Assembly (NCBI RefSeq): GCF_003044035.1
Contig: NZ_NVQC01000036.1
Span: forward strand, 1 to 32,000
Source: Candidatus Methylomirabilis limnetica
Lineage (GTDB): Bacteria; Methylomirabilota; Methylomirabilia; Methylomirabilales; Methylomirabilaceae
DNA length: 32,000 bases
Direction: 5' to 3'
Made by a program: the position numbers and the translations under genes
Notes under the pieces: model-generated
Told to the model about the DNA's origin: nothing
The model's input: the letters and a program-made list of their open reading frames with translations, nothing else
The model's database searches: none
Shown: positions 6,547 through 18,614 of the stretch, piece by piece
Position numbering within the stretch: the stretch's first letter is position 1
Layout of the letters: the number at the start of each line of letters is the position of its first letter

Positions 6547-6855
6547 AGAATGATGAAAGACCCCCCAGTCCCCTCTTAAAGGTTACAGGTCTATTTATCG
6601 CAGATATTATTACTATGTCGGATATCCGGATGTCAAGAAGCGCTTCAGACGCCGGGTGTTCACGACAGCGGAGAAGATGTGCCGCTCGTGAAGCGTCATA
6701 GTGCGCCATAAAGGAAACCTTATGATAAGTTCCATAATTTTCTATTTGACCTTATGCTAAGAACTGATAACTTAAGGCCACGAATAGGAATGAGACAGGA
6801 TCCGATCAGACTCACCGAAGAGTGAAGGCAAGAGGTGAATCATCCGAGATCTCCA

Positions 6856-7000
6856 GGGGAATGAACTACCCCGCAGCAAGCCGCGGGGTATCGTCTTCTG
6901 TTCTGGCCCGTCATTCCGTGCTTGACACGGAATCCAGTCGGGCCCTCTGGATACCGGCTTCCGCCGGTATGACGAACTCGCGGCAAGCCGCGGGGTATCG
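6856..7000 (+). repeat. MITE-like repeat, family A, copy 1 (in the rpiA/cbbL divergent control region)
   Basis: It is near-identical to 29941-30085 and inverted relative to 28858-28990. It contains hairpins ATTCCGTG-cttgac-CACGGAAT and ATACCGGC-ttcc-GCCGGTAT, and it generates the spurious peptides ...VKHGMTGQNRRRYP... Confidence 0.85.
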
Positions 7001-7056
7001 ACCCTCGACGAGAATAAAACAACGGGACAGTAGAACAGAGTAAACACGCAGACTGA

Positions 7057-8538
<1,482 letters not shown>

Positions 8539-8558
8539 GTGAAAAGGGAGGAAGCATT

Positions 8559-8981
8559 ATGCGAATCACTCAGGGTGCCTTCTCGTTCCTGGCTGATCTG
8601 ACCGATGAACAGATCAGAAAGCAGGTGGAGTATGCGTTGAAAAATAAATGGGCCGTCAGTGTCGAGTTTACGGATGACCCGCATCCCCGCAATACCTTCT
8701 GGGAGATGTGGGGCTTGCCGATGTTCGACCTGGAAGACCCGGCTGGGATTGTGTACGAGATCAATGCTTGCCGCAAGGCCTATCCCAACCACTACATCAA
8801 GGTGAACGCCTTCGACCATACAAAAGGCTGGGAAACTATCCGTATGTCTTTCATCGTTCACCGGCCGACTAATGAGCCCGGCTTTAGCCTTGTGCGCCAG
8901 GAGGTGAAGGGCCGAACCATCAGCTACACCCTACACAGCTATGCCACCGACAAGCCGGAGGGCAAGCGGTATACGGACTGA
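8559..8981 (+). CDS. cbbS: RuBisCO small subunit (red-type, with C-terminal extension)
   Basis: [57 protein letters not shown]. An SD GGGAGGA precedes the ATG at 8559. The track ORF starts upstream at 8433, inside cbbL. Confidence 0.95.
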   Translation: MRITQGAFSFLADLTDEQIRKQVEYALKNKWAVSVEFTDDPHPRNTFWEMWGLPMFDLEDPAGIVYEINACRKAYPNHYIKVNAFDHTKGWETIRMSFIVHRPTNEPGFSLVRQEVKGRTISYTLHSYATDKPEGKRYTD

Positions 8982-9000
8982 GCACGTTATCGGACATTAT

Positions 9001-9038
9001 GGGAGGGAGAGGGGGGTTCACCCCCCCTCTCCCTCCCC
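9001..9038 (+). promoter_or_regulatory. Perfect 16-bp GC hairpin between cbbS and cbbX (attenuator or mRNA-stabiliser candidate; related to repeat family B)
   Basis: GGGAGGGAGAGGGGGG-ttca-CCCCCCTCTCCCTCCC, with no following U-tract. Confidence 0.5.
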
Positions 9039-9095
9039 ACGCTATGCGGTTCCGAGCAATAGTTGTGAGGACCGCCAGGTGGAGTGAGGAAGTCA

Positions 9096-10058
9096 ATGAG
9101 TGAAACGGAAGTTGAACAAACCCCTGAAGAGAAGGCCTTGTCAAGAATTCCCGACGATACGCCGGTGGATCTTGAAGGTATCGTTCGCGATTCCCAGGTT
9201 CAGGAGGTCCTTGATAAGCTCGACCGGGAACTGATAGGCCTGACGCCGATCAAGACGCGGATTAGAGAAATAGCGGCCTTGTTGCTGATTGACAGGGTGC
9301 GGAAAGGCTTGGGGCTCATGTCAGGACCGCCCAGCCTCCATATGTGCTTTACCGGTAATCCCGGTACGGGGAAGACCACCGTAGCGATGCGGATGGCCGA
9401 GATTCTGCACCGCCTCGGTTACGTCCGTAAGGGCCATTTGGCGGCGGTGACACGCGATGATCTCGTCGGCCAATACATCGGGCATACCGCGCCGAAGACC
9501 AAAGAGGTCTTGAAGAGAGCCATGGGCGGCGTACTGTTTATCGACGAAGCCTATTATCTCTACCGTTCGGAGAACGAGCGTGACTACGGCCAGGAGTCCA
9601 TCGAGATCTTACTCCAGGTCATGGAAAATCAGCGGGAGGATCTCGTCGTCATCCTGGCCGGTTACAGGGACCGCATGCAAACATTCTTCCAAGGCAATCC
9701 AGGGATGTCCTCCCGTGTCGCACATCACTTGGATTTTCCGGATTACTCAGCGGAAGAACTCATAGCGATTGCCAAACTGATGTTGGAAGAACAGCAATAC
9801 CGTTTCAGCCCAGAAGCTGAAAAGGTCTTTCATGCGTATCTTCTCAAGCGCATGCAAATGCCCAACTTCGCTAATGCCCGTAGTGTGCGGAATGCCCTTG
9901 ATCGGGCTCGCCTGCGCCAGGCCAACCGCTTGTTCGCACAACATAGAAACACACTCACGAAAAAAGATCTGGTGACCATCGAGGCTGAAGATATCCTTGC
10001 CAGCCGCGTATTCATGGATGTTCAGCCGGAATCCGATCAGAAAACAGATCGAAAGTAG
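9096..10058 (+). CDS. cbbX: CbbX, red-type RuBisCO activase (AAA+)
   Basis: It has a Walker [12 protein letters not shown] and a Walker B VLFIDEAY, and the overall sequence resembles CbbX. The ATG at 9096 follows the SD GGAGTGAGGAAG. The track ORF starts at a GTG at 9084. Confidence 0.92.
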   Translation: MSETEVEQTPEEKALSRIPDDTPVDLEGIVRDSQVQEVLDKLDRELIGLTPIKTRIREIAALLLIDRVRKGLGLMSGPPSLHMCFTGNPGTGKTTVAMRMAEILHRLGYVRKGHLAAVTRDDLVGQYIGHTAPKTKEVLKRAMGGVLFIDEAYYLYRSENERDYGQESIEILLQVMENQREDLVVILAGYRDRMQTFFQGNPGMSSRVAHHLDFPDYSAEELIAIAKLMLEEQQYRFSPEAEKVFHAYLLKRMQMPNFANARSVRNALDRARLRQANRLFAQHRNTLTKKDLVTIEAEDILASRVFMDVQPESDQKTDRK

Positions 10059-10062
10059 AGCG

Positions 10063-11559
10063 ATGATCGATATCGAGACCCATCGCCGTATCCCCCGCTG
10101 TATGAGCACCCAGCATCCGGACAACGTAACCGTCCCCTTCTTCGCCCAAGGGCCTGTGATGGAGGGGATGGACGAGATCCGGGAGGCCTACTACGCCTTC
10201 TCCCATTTAGGCTGTGATGAGCAGATGTGGGACTTCGAGGGGAAGGAGGTCGATGAGTTCGTCGTCGAGAAGCTCTTGACGACCTACGAGGGGTTCTTCC
10301 GGGAGTTTCCCTTAGGACGGGAGATGTTCCTGACCTTACGAGTTCCGAACCCTGCCGTGGAAAAGGCACAGGGGAAGATCCTCCTCGAAGTCCTCCACGG
10401 AATCCCCAGAGCTTACGATGTGGCCCGCCTCTTCTACGGGGAGGATGTAGCCCCCATCTTCGAGGTCATCCTTCCCATGACCACCTCGGCGGAGGAGCTG
10501 AACCGTGTACTCCGGTACTATCAGGTCTTCGTCACGGGGAAGGGGTCGGCGGTTCTTACCCCCGGTGATATCTCTCTCAAAGAATGGATTGGAGAGTTCC
10601 ACCCCACCACGATCCAGATCATCCCTTTGATCGAGGATAAGGAGTCGCTGCTTCGAGCCGATGCCATCGTCCGCACGTACCTTCAAGACAAAGACCTCTC
10701 GTACCAGCGCGTCTTCTTAGCTCGTTCCGATCCCGCCTTGAACTATGGAAGCCTGGCGGCTAGCCTCCTGGTAAAGGTAGCCTTGAGCCGTCTGGAAAGG
10801 CTGGAGCAGGAGCGGGGGATCCCCATCTATCCGATCCTTGGGGCCGGAAGCGCCCCGTTTCGTGGCAATTTCCGACCCGATACAGTGGAACGACACCTTG
10901 CTGAGCACCCAAGCGTGCAGACGTTCACAATCCAGTCGGCCTTTAAATACGACCATCCGGCTCCTGCGATCATCCAGGCCATCGAGACTCTCAAGAACGC
11001 ACCTAGAAAGAGTGCCCGGCCGGTGGAGCCGGAGGGGAAGGTCATCGATCTGATTGAGCGGATCTCCGCTTGCTACCAGCGTCAAGTAAGAGCGATAGCG
11101 CCCCTTATGAATAACGTAGCCCCCGCCGTTCCCAGGCGGCGGATGCGGAAACTCCATATCGGTCTTTTCGGCTACAGCCGGAGCATCGGCGGGGTCTCGC
11201 TCCCCCGGGCCATCTCCTTCTGTGCCGCCCTTTACTCCTTAGGCCTTCCCCCCGAGATCCTCGGCCTCTCCTGTCTTGGTCAGGAGGATCTGGCCCTTCT
11301 TCGGGAGGTCGACCCGGGGTTCGAGGCCGACCTCGGAGATGCCCTTCAGTATCTGAACGAGGAGGCGCTCACCCTCCTCCCTCCCGCTGAAGCAGGGGAG
11401 ATACAAAGGACCATCCGACTCCTCGGCCTCCCCCTCTCCCCGAATCATGCCCACCGTGAGGTCACTACGACGATTATCAAGCGGGTTGGAGAGGGGAGTG
11501 TCAAGGACCTCGGCGATCTCATCCTCCGGGCAGCCTGGATTCGAAAGTTTCTGGGCTGA
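10063..11559 (+). CDS. ppcA: Archaeal-type phosphoenolpyruvate carboxylase
   Basis: The N-terminal hallmark is RIPRCMSTQHPDN, and the length is about 498 aa. The ATG at 10063 lies 4 nt after the cbbX stop. Confidence 0.85.
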   Translation: MIDIETHRRIPRCMSTQHPDNVTVPFFAQGPVMEGMDEIREAYYAFSHLGCDEQMWDFEGKEVDEFVVEKLLTTYEGFFREFPLGREMFLTLRVPNPAVEKAQGKILLEVLHGIPRAYDVARLFYGEDVAPIFEVILPMTTSAEELNRVLRYYQVFVTGKGSAVLTPGDISLKEWIGEFHPTTIQIIPLIEDKESLLRADAIVRTYLQDKDLSYQRVFLARSDPALNYGSLAASLLVKVALSRLERLEQERGIPIYPILGAGSAPFRGNFRPDTVERHLAEHPSVQTFTIQSAFKYDHPAPAIIQAIETLKNAPRKSARPVEPEGKVIDLIERISACYQRQVRAIAPLMNNVAPAVPRRRMRKLHIGLFGYSRSIGGVSLPRAISFCAALYSLGLPPEILGLSCLGQEDLALLREVDPGFEADLGDALQYLNEEALTLLPPAEAGEIQRTIRLLGLPLSPNHAHREVTTTIIKRVGEGSVKDLGDLILRAAWIRKFLG

Positions 11560-11606
11560 ATACTCCGATAGATATTCTAAGCTACAAGAGCTGGCCTTAA
11601 GATCAG

Positions 11607-12236
11607 ATGATCTCCGCACGGGAAGCACTCAAACGTCTTCGTGAAGGAAACCGCCGTTTCACCTCGAACGTGCAGAGCTTCGACACGCTTCTGAGCCAGA
11701 CCAGACGCGGTGAGCTCCTCACAGGCCAGCAGCCTGTCGCAATCATTCTTGGCTGTTCAGATTCACGTGTTCCAGCAGAAATCGTGTTCGACCAGGGGCT
11801 CGGCGATCTCTTCGTCATCCGGGTTGCTGGTAACATTGTCGCTCCGTGCCTAGTCGGGAGCGTTGAGTATGCCGCTGCCTACTGCGGAACACGTCTAGTG
11901 GTTGTACTTGGCCATTCCCAGTGCGGCGCTATTCTGGCCACATTAGAGGCACTGAGGCAACCTATGACGGTCCAGTCCCGCAATCTGCACTCCATCATCG
12001 ATCATATCCGCCCGTCAGTCGAGGGCCTCCTCAGTGCTGAACCCCAGCGCGATGCGAACGACCTTATTCGAGATGCAGTTCGCGCTAACGTCCTCGCCTC
12101 TGCTAACCACCTGCGACACGGCTCTGAACTTCTCGAGAAACTGATCCTCAATGATGGCCTGCTTGTCGTTGGCGCTGAGTACTCGCTCGAGACTGGTCTG
12201 GTCGAATTCTTCGATGGCGTACCGGACGCTGCCTGA
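11607..12236 (+). CDS. Beta-class carbonic anhydrase
   Basis: It has the zinc ligand motifs LGCSDSRV and GHSQCGA, plus FVIRVAGN. Confidence 0.9.
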   Translation: MISAREALKRLREGNRRFTSNVQSFDTLLSQTRRGELLTGQQPVAIILGCSDSRVPAEIVFDQGLGDLFVIRVAGNIVAPCLVGSVEYAAAYCGTRLVVVLGHSQCGAILATLEALRQPMTVQSRNLHSIIDHIRPSVEGLLSAEPQRDANDLIRDAVRANVLASANHLRHGSELLEKLILNDGLLVVGAEYSLETGLVEFFDGVPDAA

Positions 12237-12332
12237 CTACCGCTCGATGACAGGCTTAACCTCCTGGTCATGCATGATAGCGGGAATGCATGATTGAGGT
12301 AGTTTGACCTTCAGAGCTGAGAATAGGAATCA

Positions 12333-13490
12333 ATGAGCAACCATCAGGGTCTCGGCTGGGCAGCCGATCGGGTTCCCTCTACCCGCCGCGCCTGGGTAGA
12401 GGTCGATCTCGGGGCGATCCGACGAAATGTGCAGGCGATCCGACGGCTGCTGAGACCGTCGACGCAGTTCATGTCGGTCGTCAAGGCTGATGGCTACGGC
12501 CATGGCGCCGTTGCGGTCGCCCGGACGGCGCTCTCGGCCGGTGCCTCGTGGCTTGCGGTGGCCACGCTTGAAGAGGGGATCCAGTTGAGGCAGGCTGGGA
12601 TTGAGGCGCCGATTCTCCTCTTCGGTCCCACGATCTGTAAAAAGGAAATCGAGGCAGTTGCCGAGCATCGGCTGCAGCCTACCGTCTGTAGCCTCGATCA
12701 TGCCCGTCGGTTCTCCGAGGCGGGTCTGGGGCCGATCCAGATTCACCTGAAGGTCGATACCGGCATGTCCCGTCTGGGAGTAGCCTGGCAGGAGGCTCAG
12801 GATCTCCTCAACACCATCAGACTCTTGCCCAATGTCACTGTCGCCAGTCTCTACAGTCATCTGGCCACGGCGGATGCAGCAGATCCCGTCACGACCGCCC
12901 AGCAATTCGAGCGATTTGCCAGGCTGGTAGCCATGCTGGAGAAGCAGGGGACCAGGCCTCCATTGGCGCACCTGGCCAACTCTGCCGCTACATTAGCGCT
13001 CCCAGAGACCCACTTCGATCTGGTCCGAATCGGGTTGGCTCAGTATGGCCTGTACCCAGCCTCTCACCTTCAGGAAGTTGTGGTCCTTCACCCCGCCCTC
13101 TCTGTCAAAGCAAGGATCGTCTTCATCAAGACGGTTCCACCAGGGACCGGGGTCAGTTACGGTCACACCTTTCGAACGGGACGCCCGACGCGACTGGCCA
13201 CCGTGTCCATCGGCTATGGCGATGGTATCCCCCGCGCCCTCTCAAACAGGATCGACTTCCTGGTTCGCGGTCGGCGGGCTCGGCAGGTGGGAACGATCAC
13301 GATGGACCAATGTCTGATCGATGTCACCGATATGCCGGATACGTTCGAGGGAGAGATCACCACGCTGCTTGGGCAGGACGGGGACGAGCGTATCTCGGTC
13401 GCGGAGTGGGCAGAGCGCCTGGGGACTATCCCGTATGAGATCCTCACGGTCCTCTCCCCTCGCCTGCCGAGGATTTTCTCCCAGGACTGA
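12333..13490 (+). CDS. alr: Alanine racemase
   Basis: It has the PLP-lysine motif VVKADGYGHGA and a C-terminal beta-barrel region with SYG..F, plus MDQCLIDVT. Confidence 0.93.
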   Translation: MSNHQGLGWAADRVPSTRRAWVEVDLGAIRRNVQAIRRLLRPSTQFMSVVKADGYGHGAVAVARTALSAGASWLAVATLEEGIQLRQAGIEAPILLFGPTICKKEIEAVAEHRLQPTVCSLDHARRFSEAGLGPIQIHLKVDTGMSRLGVAWQEAQDLLNTIRLLPNVTVASLYSHLATADAADPVTTAQQFERFARLVAMLEKQGTRPPLAHLANSAATLALPETHFDLVRIGLAQYGLYPASHLQEVVVLHPALSVKARIVFIKTVPPGTGVSYGHTFRTGRPTRLATVSIGYGDGIPRALSNRIDFLVRGRRARQVGTITMDQCLIDVTDMPDTFEGEITTLLGQDGDERISVAEWAERLGTIPYEILTVLSPRLPRIFSQD

Positions 13491-13565
13491 TATCACCGGC
13501 CCACCAATATCGAATTTTTGGTTCTTCCGGGTTTTCCATGGGTACCATGGCCTGCCAGCGGAAGT

Positions 13566-13628
13566 GACGCCTCTTGTGGACTCCTCCCCCCTCCGAGGGG
13601 GAGGATACAGGTGGGGGGGAGGGGGGCC
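13566..13628. repeat. GC-rich palindromic repeat, family B
   Basis: ...cttgtggactcctcccccctccgagggggaggatacaggtggggggg... is related to 14676-14739, 20494-20551 and 27129-27244. Confidence 0.7.
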
Positions 13629-13724
13629 ATATGCCATGCACGATGTCCGCAGGTGACACTCACGCGCCCATCCAGCCCAAGTTTGAGCTTGCACTATATC
13701 GTGGATCGATATACAGTAAAGTCC

Positions 13725-14003
13725 ATGATAAAGACCTTCCGCAATCAAGACGCGCAAGCGTTGTTCGAGGGTCGTTGCCCACGCCGCTGGCAGGCCATCC
13801 GGCAAGTGGCTGAGCGCAAACTCGCGATGTTGCATGCCGCAGCCACGCTGGATTTTTTGCGCTCGCCCCCAGGCAACCGGCTGAAGGCCCTGAAAGGCGA
13901 CCGCATTGGTCAGTGGAGCATCCGCATCAACGATCAATGGCGAGTATGTTTCCGCTGGGCTGAAGGAGATGCGTGTGATGTTGAGATTGTGGACTATCAC
14001 TAA
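13725..14003 (+). CDS. higB: HigB-type toxin (plasmid maintenance system killer family)
   Basis: MIKTFRNQDAQALFEGR...LKALKGDRIGQWSIRINDQWRVCFRW..GDACDVEIVDYH is the canonical HigB/killer-protein pattern. The start is taken at the internal ATG at 13725. Confidence 0.9.
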   Translation: MIKTFRNQDAQALFEGRCPRRWQAIRQVAERKLAMLHAAATLDFLRSPPGNRLKALKGDRIGQWSIRINDQWRVCFRWAEGDACDVEIVDYH

Positions 14004-14015
14004 GGAGGCGTTGGT

Positions 14016-14318
14016 ATGACAAAGAACCGTATGCGGCCAATCCACCCAGGAGAGATTCTGCATGAAGAGTATATGGTGCCGCTTGGAATCTCTGCGAATG
14101 GACTGGCGCGGGCACTGGGCGTTACTCCTGCCCGCATCAACGAGATCGTCAGGCAAAAACGTGGTATCACGGGGGACACAGCCTTGCGCCTCGCCCGCTA
14201 TTTCGGGACGGACGCCCAATCCTGGTTGAACCTGCAAACCGCATATGATTTGCGGGTTTCAGAGTTAGCATCCGGTGATACTATTGAGCGCCAAGTAAAG
14301 CCCCGCGAGGCGGCTTGA
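14016..14318 (+). CDS. higA: HigA antitoxin (XRE-type helix-turn-helix)
   Basis: IHPGEILHEEYMVPLGISANGLARALGVTPARINEIVRQKRGITGDTALRLARYFGTDAQSWLNLQTAYDL. Confidence 0.9.
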   Translation: MTKNRMRPIHPGEILHEEYMVPLGISANGLARALGVTPARINEIVRQKRGITGDTALRLARYFGTDAQSWLNLQTAYDLRVSELASGDTIERQVKPREAA

Positions 14319-14536
14319 GTGTGCCGCTGTGGCCTATCGAATTTAAATCCGGCCAGACCGTAACCCGCGACTACCTGATCGGCCTGCAGAAATGGCTGGC
14401 CCTTGCCGGGGCCTTCGCATCGAAGCCCCTCTCGGGCGAAACACTGGTTAATGAACACGTCAAAACTGTGTTACGTATGTTGGCTCACAGACCTGAGGTT
14501 GTGATGAACAGACCGTTCGCCGCTTTCGGCGAATAG
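14315..14536 (+). pseudogene. Possible C-terminal remnant of a DUF4143/COG1373-type ATPase
   Basis: ...PIEFKSGQTVTRDYLIGLQKW... resembles the C-terminal IE(I/V)KSG motif of those ATPases. There is no N-terminal part. The call is weak. Confidence 0.25.
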
Positions 14537-14675
14537 GCGTTTGCGTACAGGGACTACCTGGAAGGATGTGGCCCGCTATCTCTATCTCTTCGCAAGGGAC
14601 ACTCCATGAGGCGCTGCCGCACCACGGCAAACGAAAAGGCATCTTCCCCCCCGGATCGAGTCCGGGGCAGACTCT

Positions 14676-14739
14676 CATGGGGAGGGGAAGGGACACCCCT
14701 TGTGGACCTCCCCCCGGTAGCCTCTGGGTGGGAGGAAGG
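14676..14739. repeat. GC-rich palindromic repeat, family B
   Basis: catggggaggggaagggacaccccttgtggacctcccccc... is similar to 27159-27200. Confidence 0.65.
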
Positions 14740-14893
14740 AACATAGCTACCCTCTTCTCCAGACGTGATGTTGAGATCTCTCGTATCCACGCTCATGCCG
14801 GAAGAACCGAATTGTTGAGATTGACTAGTGCAAGAAATATTGCGAGAAACACTGGCGGCCAGTCGGACCACTCTCACCCGGAGGGCAGTTTTG

Positions 14894-14922
14894 TGGACAG
14901 AGGCTTGACCGTATGGTATAGT
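14894..14922 (+). promoter_or_regulatory. Candidate sigma70 promoter for tRNA-Leu/tig
   Basis: TGGACA, a 17-nt spacer, then TATAGT, ending about 27 nt upstream of the tRNA 5' end. Confidence 0.4.
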
Positions 14923-14949
14923 TTTACTGGTTCCTGCTCGGAGGCTCAA

Positions 14950-15036
14950 GCGAGAGTGGCGGAATGGCAGACGCGCTGGACTTAGGATCCAGTCCGCCTT
15001 TGGCGGATGGGGGTTCAAGTCCCCCCTCTCGCACCA
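14950..15036 (+). tRNA. tRNA-Leu (anticodon TAG), with long variable arm and encoded CCA
   Basis: The hand-folded cloverleaf has acceptor GCGAGAG/CTCTCGC, anticodon stem CTGGA/TCCAG with loop CTTAGGA (TAG at 14983-14985), variable arm CCGCC-tttg-GCGG, T arm GGGGG-TTCAAGT-CCCCC, and a 3' ACCA. Confidence 0.93.
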
Positions 15037-15065
15037 TGAAACTGGCCTGTAATTCCAAGGTGCCC

Positions 15066-16361
15066 ATGAAAGTAGATATCGAAGAGATCAGCAGTACCAA
15101 ACGCGCGCTTCGAATTGAATTGCCCCCTCAAAGCCTCCTGGAGAAGCTGGAGGTGGTATACCTGCACCTCGCTAAAAAGGCTCGCCTGCCAGGCTTCCGC
15201 CCCGGCAAGATTCCGCGGGACGTCTTGCGTTCGCGCTTCAAGGAGGAGGCGAAGCGGGAGGCCCTTCAGGAACTCGTCCCGGAAAGCTATAGTCAAGCGC
15301 TCAAGGAGGCCAATCTGAATCCTGTATGCGAGCCCAGCCTGGACGAGGTGGTCTGCGAGGAGGGGGAGCCTTTCAGCTACCGGGCTACTTTCGACGTAAA
15401 GCCTGAACTGCAGCTTTCGGGGTACACGGGGGTTGAGGTCCACAAGGAGAAGGTCGAGGCAACGGACGCGGAGGTGGATCGGGCACTGGAGTACCTTCGG
15501 GATCGAGCGGCAGAGTATGTACCGATGGATGGCTGGCCCGCCCTGCAGGAAGACCTCCTGGTGGTCGACTACGAAGGCTTTGCCGGCGGTAAACCGCTCA
15601 AGGGCGTGAGTGGCCAAAATGCCTCTATCCTTCTCGGCGCCCACCAGTTCCTCCCTGAGTTTGAGGCCCAACTCCATGGTCTCAAGAAAGGGGAGACCAA
15701 GGAGTTCTCCTTGGAATTCCCAAACGATTATGGGCGACGGGAGCTGGCTGGGAAGCGGGTACTCTTCAGAGTCACCGTCAAAGAGGTTAAGAAGAAACAG
15801 GTGCCGCCTCTGGATAATGATTTCGCCAGGTCGGCGAGTGCTTGCGAGGATGTTAGTGAGCTCAGGGAGAAGGTGAGGCAGGATCTGCTGGCGCACAAGG
15901 AGCTGGAGCATGTGGGGCGTCTGAAGAGTCAGATCCTTGAAAAGTTGCGTGCTGCCCACCCCTTCGATTCTCCGGAGTCGCTGGTTGATGCGGAGGTCGA
16001 GGCAATCCTCGCTGATCTGAGACGTGACGGCGGCGGGCATAGGGCAACCCCTATTCGGAGCGAAGACGAGGCGACGCGGACCAGGGCGAAAGATCTTGCC
16101 TTAAAACGGGTACGAAACTCCCTCTTGCTGGAGGCGGTGGCGAAGCAGGAAGCGCTTGCCGTGTCGGAGGAGGAATTGCAGAGCGAGATCGAATTGACCG
16201 CCGCCGCCTTGAACCAGAAGCCGGAGGCCTTCCGCAAGTTGCTAGAGCGGGAGGGGCGAATTGAGACCATTCGAATGCAAGTGCTGGAGCGCAAGGCGCT
16301 TGATCTTCTGTACGAGCGGGCCAAAGTGGTAGAAGGGGTCAATCTTGTGACCCTCGCCTGA
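15066..16361 (+). CDS. tig: Trigger factor
   Basis: [20 protein letters not shown]...[12 protein letters not shown]... (ribosome-binding GFRxGxxP motif). It has the conserved position upstream of clpP-clpX. The track ORF start at 14964 lies inside the tRNA and is rejected. Confidence 0.93.
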   Translation: MKVDIEEISSTKRALRIELPPQSLLEKLEVVYLHLAKKARLPGFRPGKIPRDVLRSRFKEEAKREALQELVPESYSQALKEANLNPVCEPSLDEVVCEEGEPFSYRATFDVKPELQLSGYTGVEVHKEKVEATDAEVDRALEYLRDRAAEYVPMDGWPALQEDLLVVDYEGFAGGKPLKGVSGQNASILLGAHQFLPEFEAQLHGLKKGETKEFSLEFPNDYGRRELAGKRVLFRVTVKEVKKKQVPPLDNDFARSASACEDVSELREKVRQDLLAHKELEHVGRLKSQILEKLRAAHPFDSPESLVDAEVEAILADLRRDGGGHRATPIRSEDEATRTRAKDLALKRVRNSLLLEAVAKQEALAVSEEELQSEIELTAAALNQKPEAFRKLLEREGRIETIRMQVLERKALDLLYERAKVVEGVNLVTLA

Positions 16362-16387
16362 GCGTCACGCAAAGGGAGTATCACGCA

Positions 16388-17008
16388 ATGCAACTGATTC
16401 CAATGGTAGTGGAACAGACCAGCCGGGGTGAGCGAGCCTACGATATTTTCTCTCGTCTCTTGAAGGACCGGATCCTGTTCATCGGTACCCCGATAGATGA
16501 CGCTGATGCAAATCTGGTGATCGCCCAGCTCCTCTTTCTGGAAGCCGAAGACCCTGACAAAGACATCCATATCTATATCAACTCACCAGGCGGGTCGGTG
16601 ACTGCCTCACTCGCTATCTATGACACCATGCAGTATATCAAGCCTGCCATCGAGACAATCTGCATGGGCCAAGCGGCCAGTGGCGCCGCGCTCCTTTTGA
16701 CGGCCGGCGCCAAGGGGAAGCGCTATGCCCTCCCCCACGCGCGGATCATGATCCACCAGCCCCATGGGGGAGCCCAGGGGCAGGCATCCGACATCCAGAT
16801 CCAGGCGAAAGAGATCCTTCGGATGCGACAGGAACTGGATCGGATCATCGCCAGTCACACCGGCCAGCCGCTGGAGCGGATTGAGAAAGACAGCGACCGT
16901 GACTTTTTCATGTCACCTGAGGAGGCCAAGGAATACGGCCTGATTGACGAGGTGATCCACTCGCGCGAGGGCCTTCCATTAACGCTACAGCCCCAGCACC
17001 ATGGATGA
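16388..17008 (+). CDS. clpP: ATP-dependent Clp protease proteolytic subunit
   Basis: It contains [17 protein letters not shown], the catalytic-Ser context [11 protein letters not shown], and MIHQP. Confidence 0.96.
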   Translation: MQLIPMVVEQTSRGERAYDIFSRLLKDRILFIGTPIDDADANLVIAQLLFLEAEDPDKDIHIYINSPGGSVTASLAIYDTMQYIKPAIETICMGQAASGAALLLTAGAKGKRYALPHARIMIHQPHGGAQGQASDIQIQAKEILRMRQELDRIIASHTGQPLERIEKDSDRDFFMSPEEAKEYGLIDEVIHSREGLPLTLQPQHHG

Positions 17009-17062
17009 TCCAGATGTTGAACCAACTTGTCCAGAGTTGCGCCTCACAAATGCCTTTACAGT

Positions 17063-17165
17063 CCGTTCGTGGTGAGCCCTTCGACTGGGCTCAGGACAGG
17101 CTTGTCGAACCCATGAACGGAACCCATTGAAGTACTTCACCCTTCGACAAGCTCAGGGCGAACGG
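17063..17165. repeat. Palindromic repeat, family C (clpP-clpX spacer)
   Basis: ccgttcgtggtgagcccttcgac...gtcgaacccatgaacgg, plus a second arm cacccttcgacaagctcagggcgaacgg. A related inverted unit ttcgacaggctcaccacgaacgg lies at 29006-29028. Confidence 0.65.
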
Positions 17166-17211
17166 ATTGTGTAAAGAAGCGTTGGATACGCTACGCTATG
17201 GGGAGGGGTAG

Positions 17212-18459
<1,248 letters not shown>

Positions 18460-18560
18460 TCGCCAAACCCATTGCGGATTGACGACGCCTCTTTCTGCCT
18501 TTGTTTTGCCGTTTGGTAATCCGACATCTGCAATTCGATCGCTGCTCGACAGTCTTTTGT

Positions 18561-18589
18561 TCGCTTCATGTCGCGAGAAGCGAGTTTTT
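18561..18589 (+). terminator. Candidate rho-independent terminator after clpX
   Basis: TCGCTTC-atgtcgcga-GAAGCGA followed by GTTTTT. Confidence 0.5.
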
Positions 18590-18614
18590 CTCCAACTGCT
18601 CGGAGATGCTCGAT

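Noticed and set aside
6503-6709. A 68-aa minus-strand ORF upstream of rpiA
   Set aside because: It overlaps the rpiA start region in another frame and has no SD or motif support.
6547-6855. A CbbR/LysR operator upstream of cbbL
   Set aside because: Only a loose TTAT-N10-ATAA palindrome was found and no LysR gene is adjacent, so this is too weak to annotate as a feature. It is mentioned in a finding only.
15015-16040. A 341-aa minus-strand ORF
   Set aside because: It is antisense to trigger factor, a high-GC shadow ORF.
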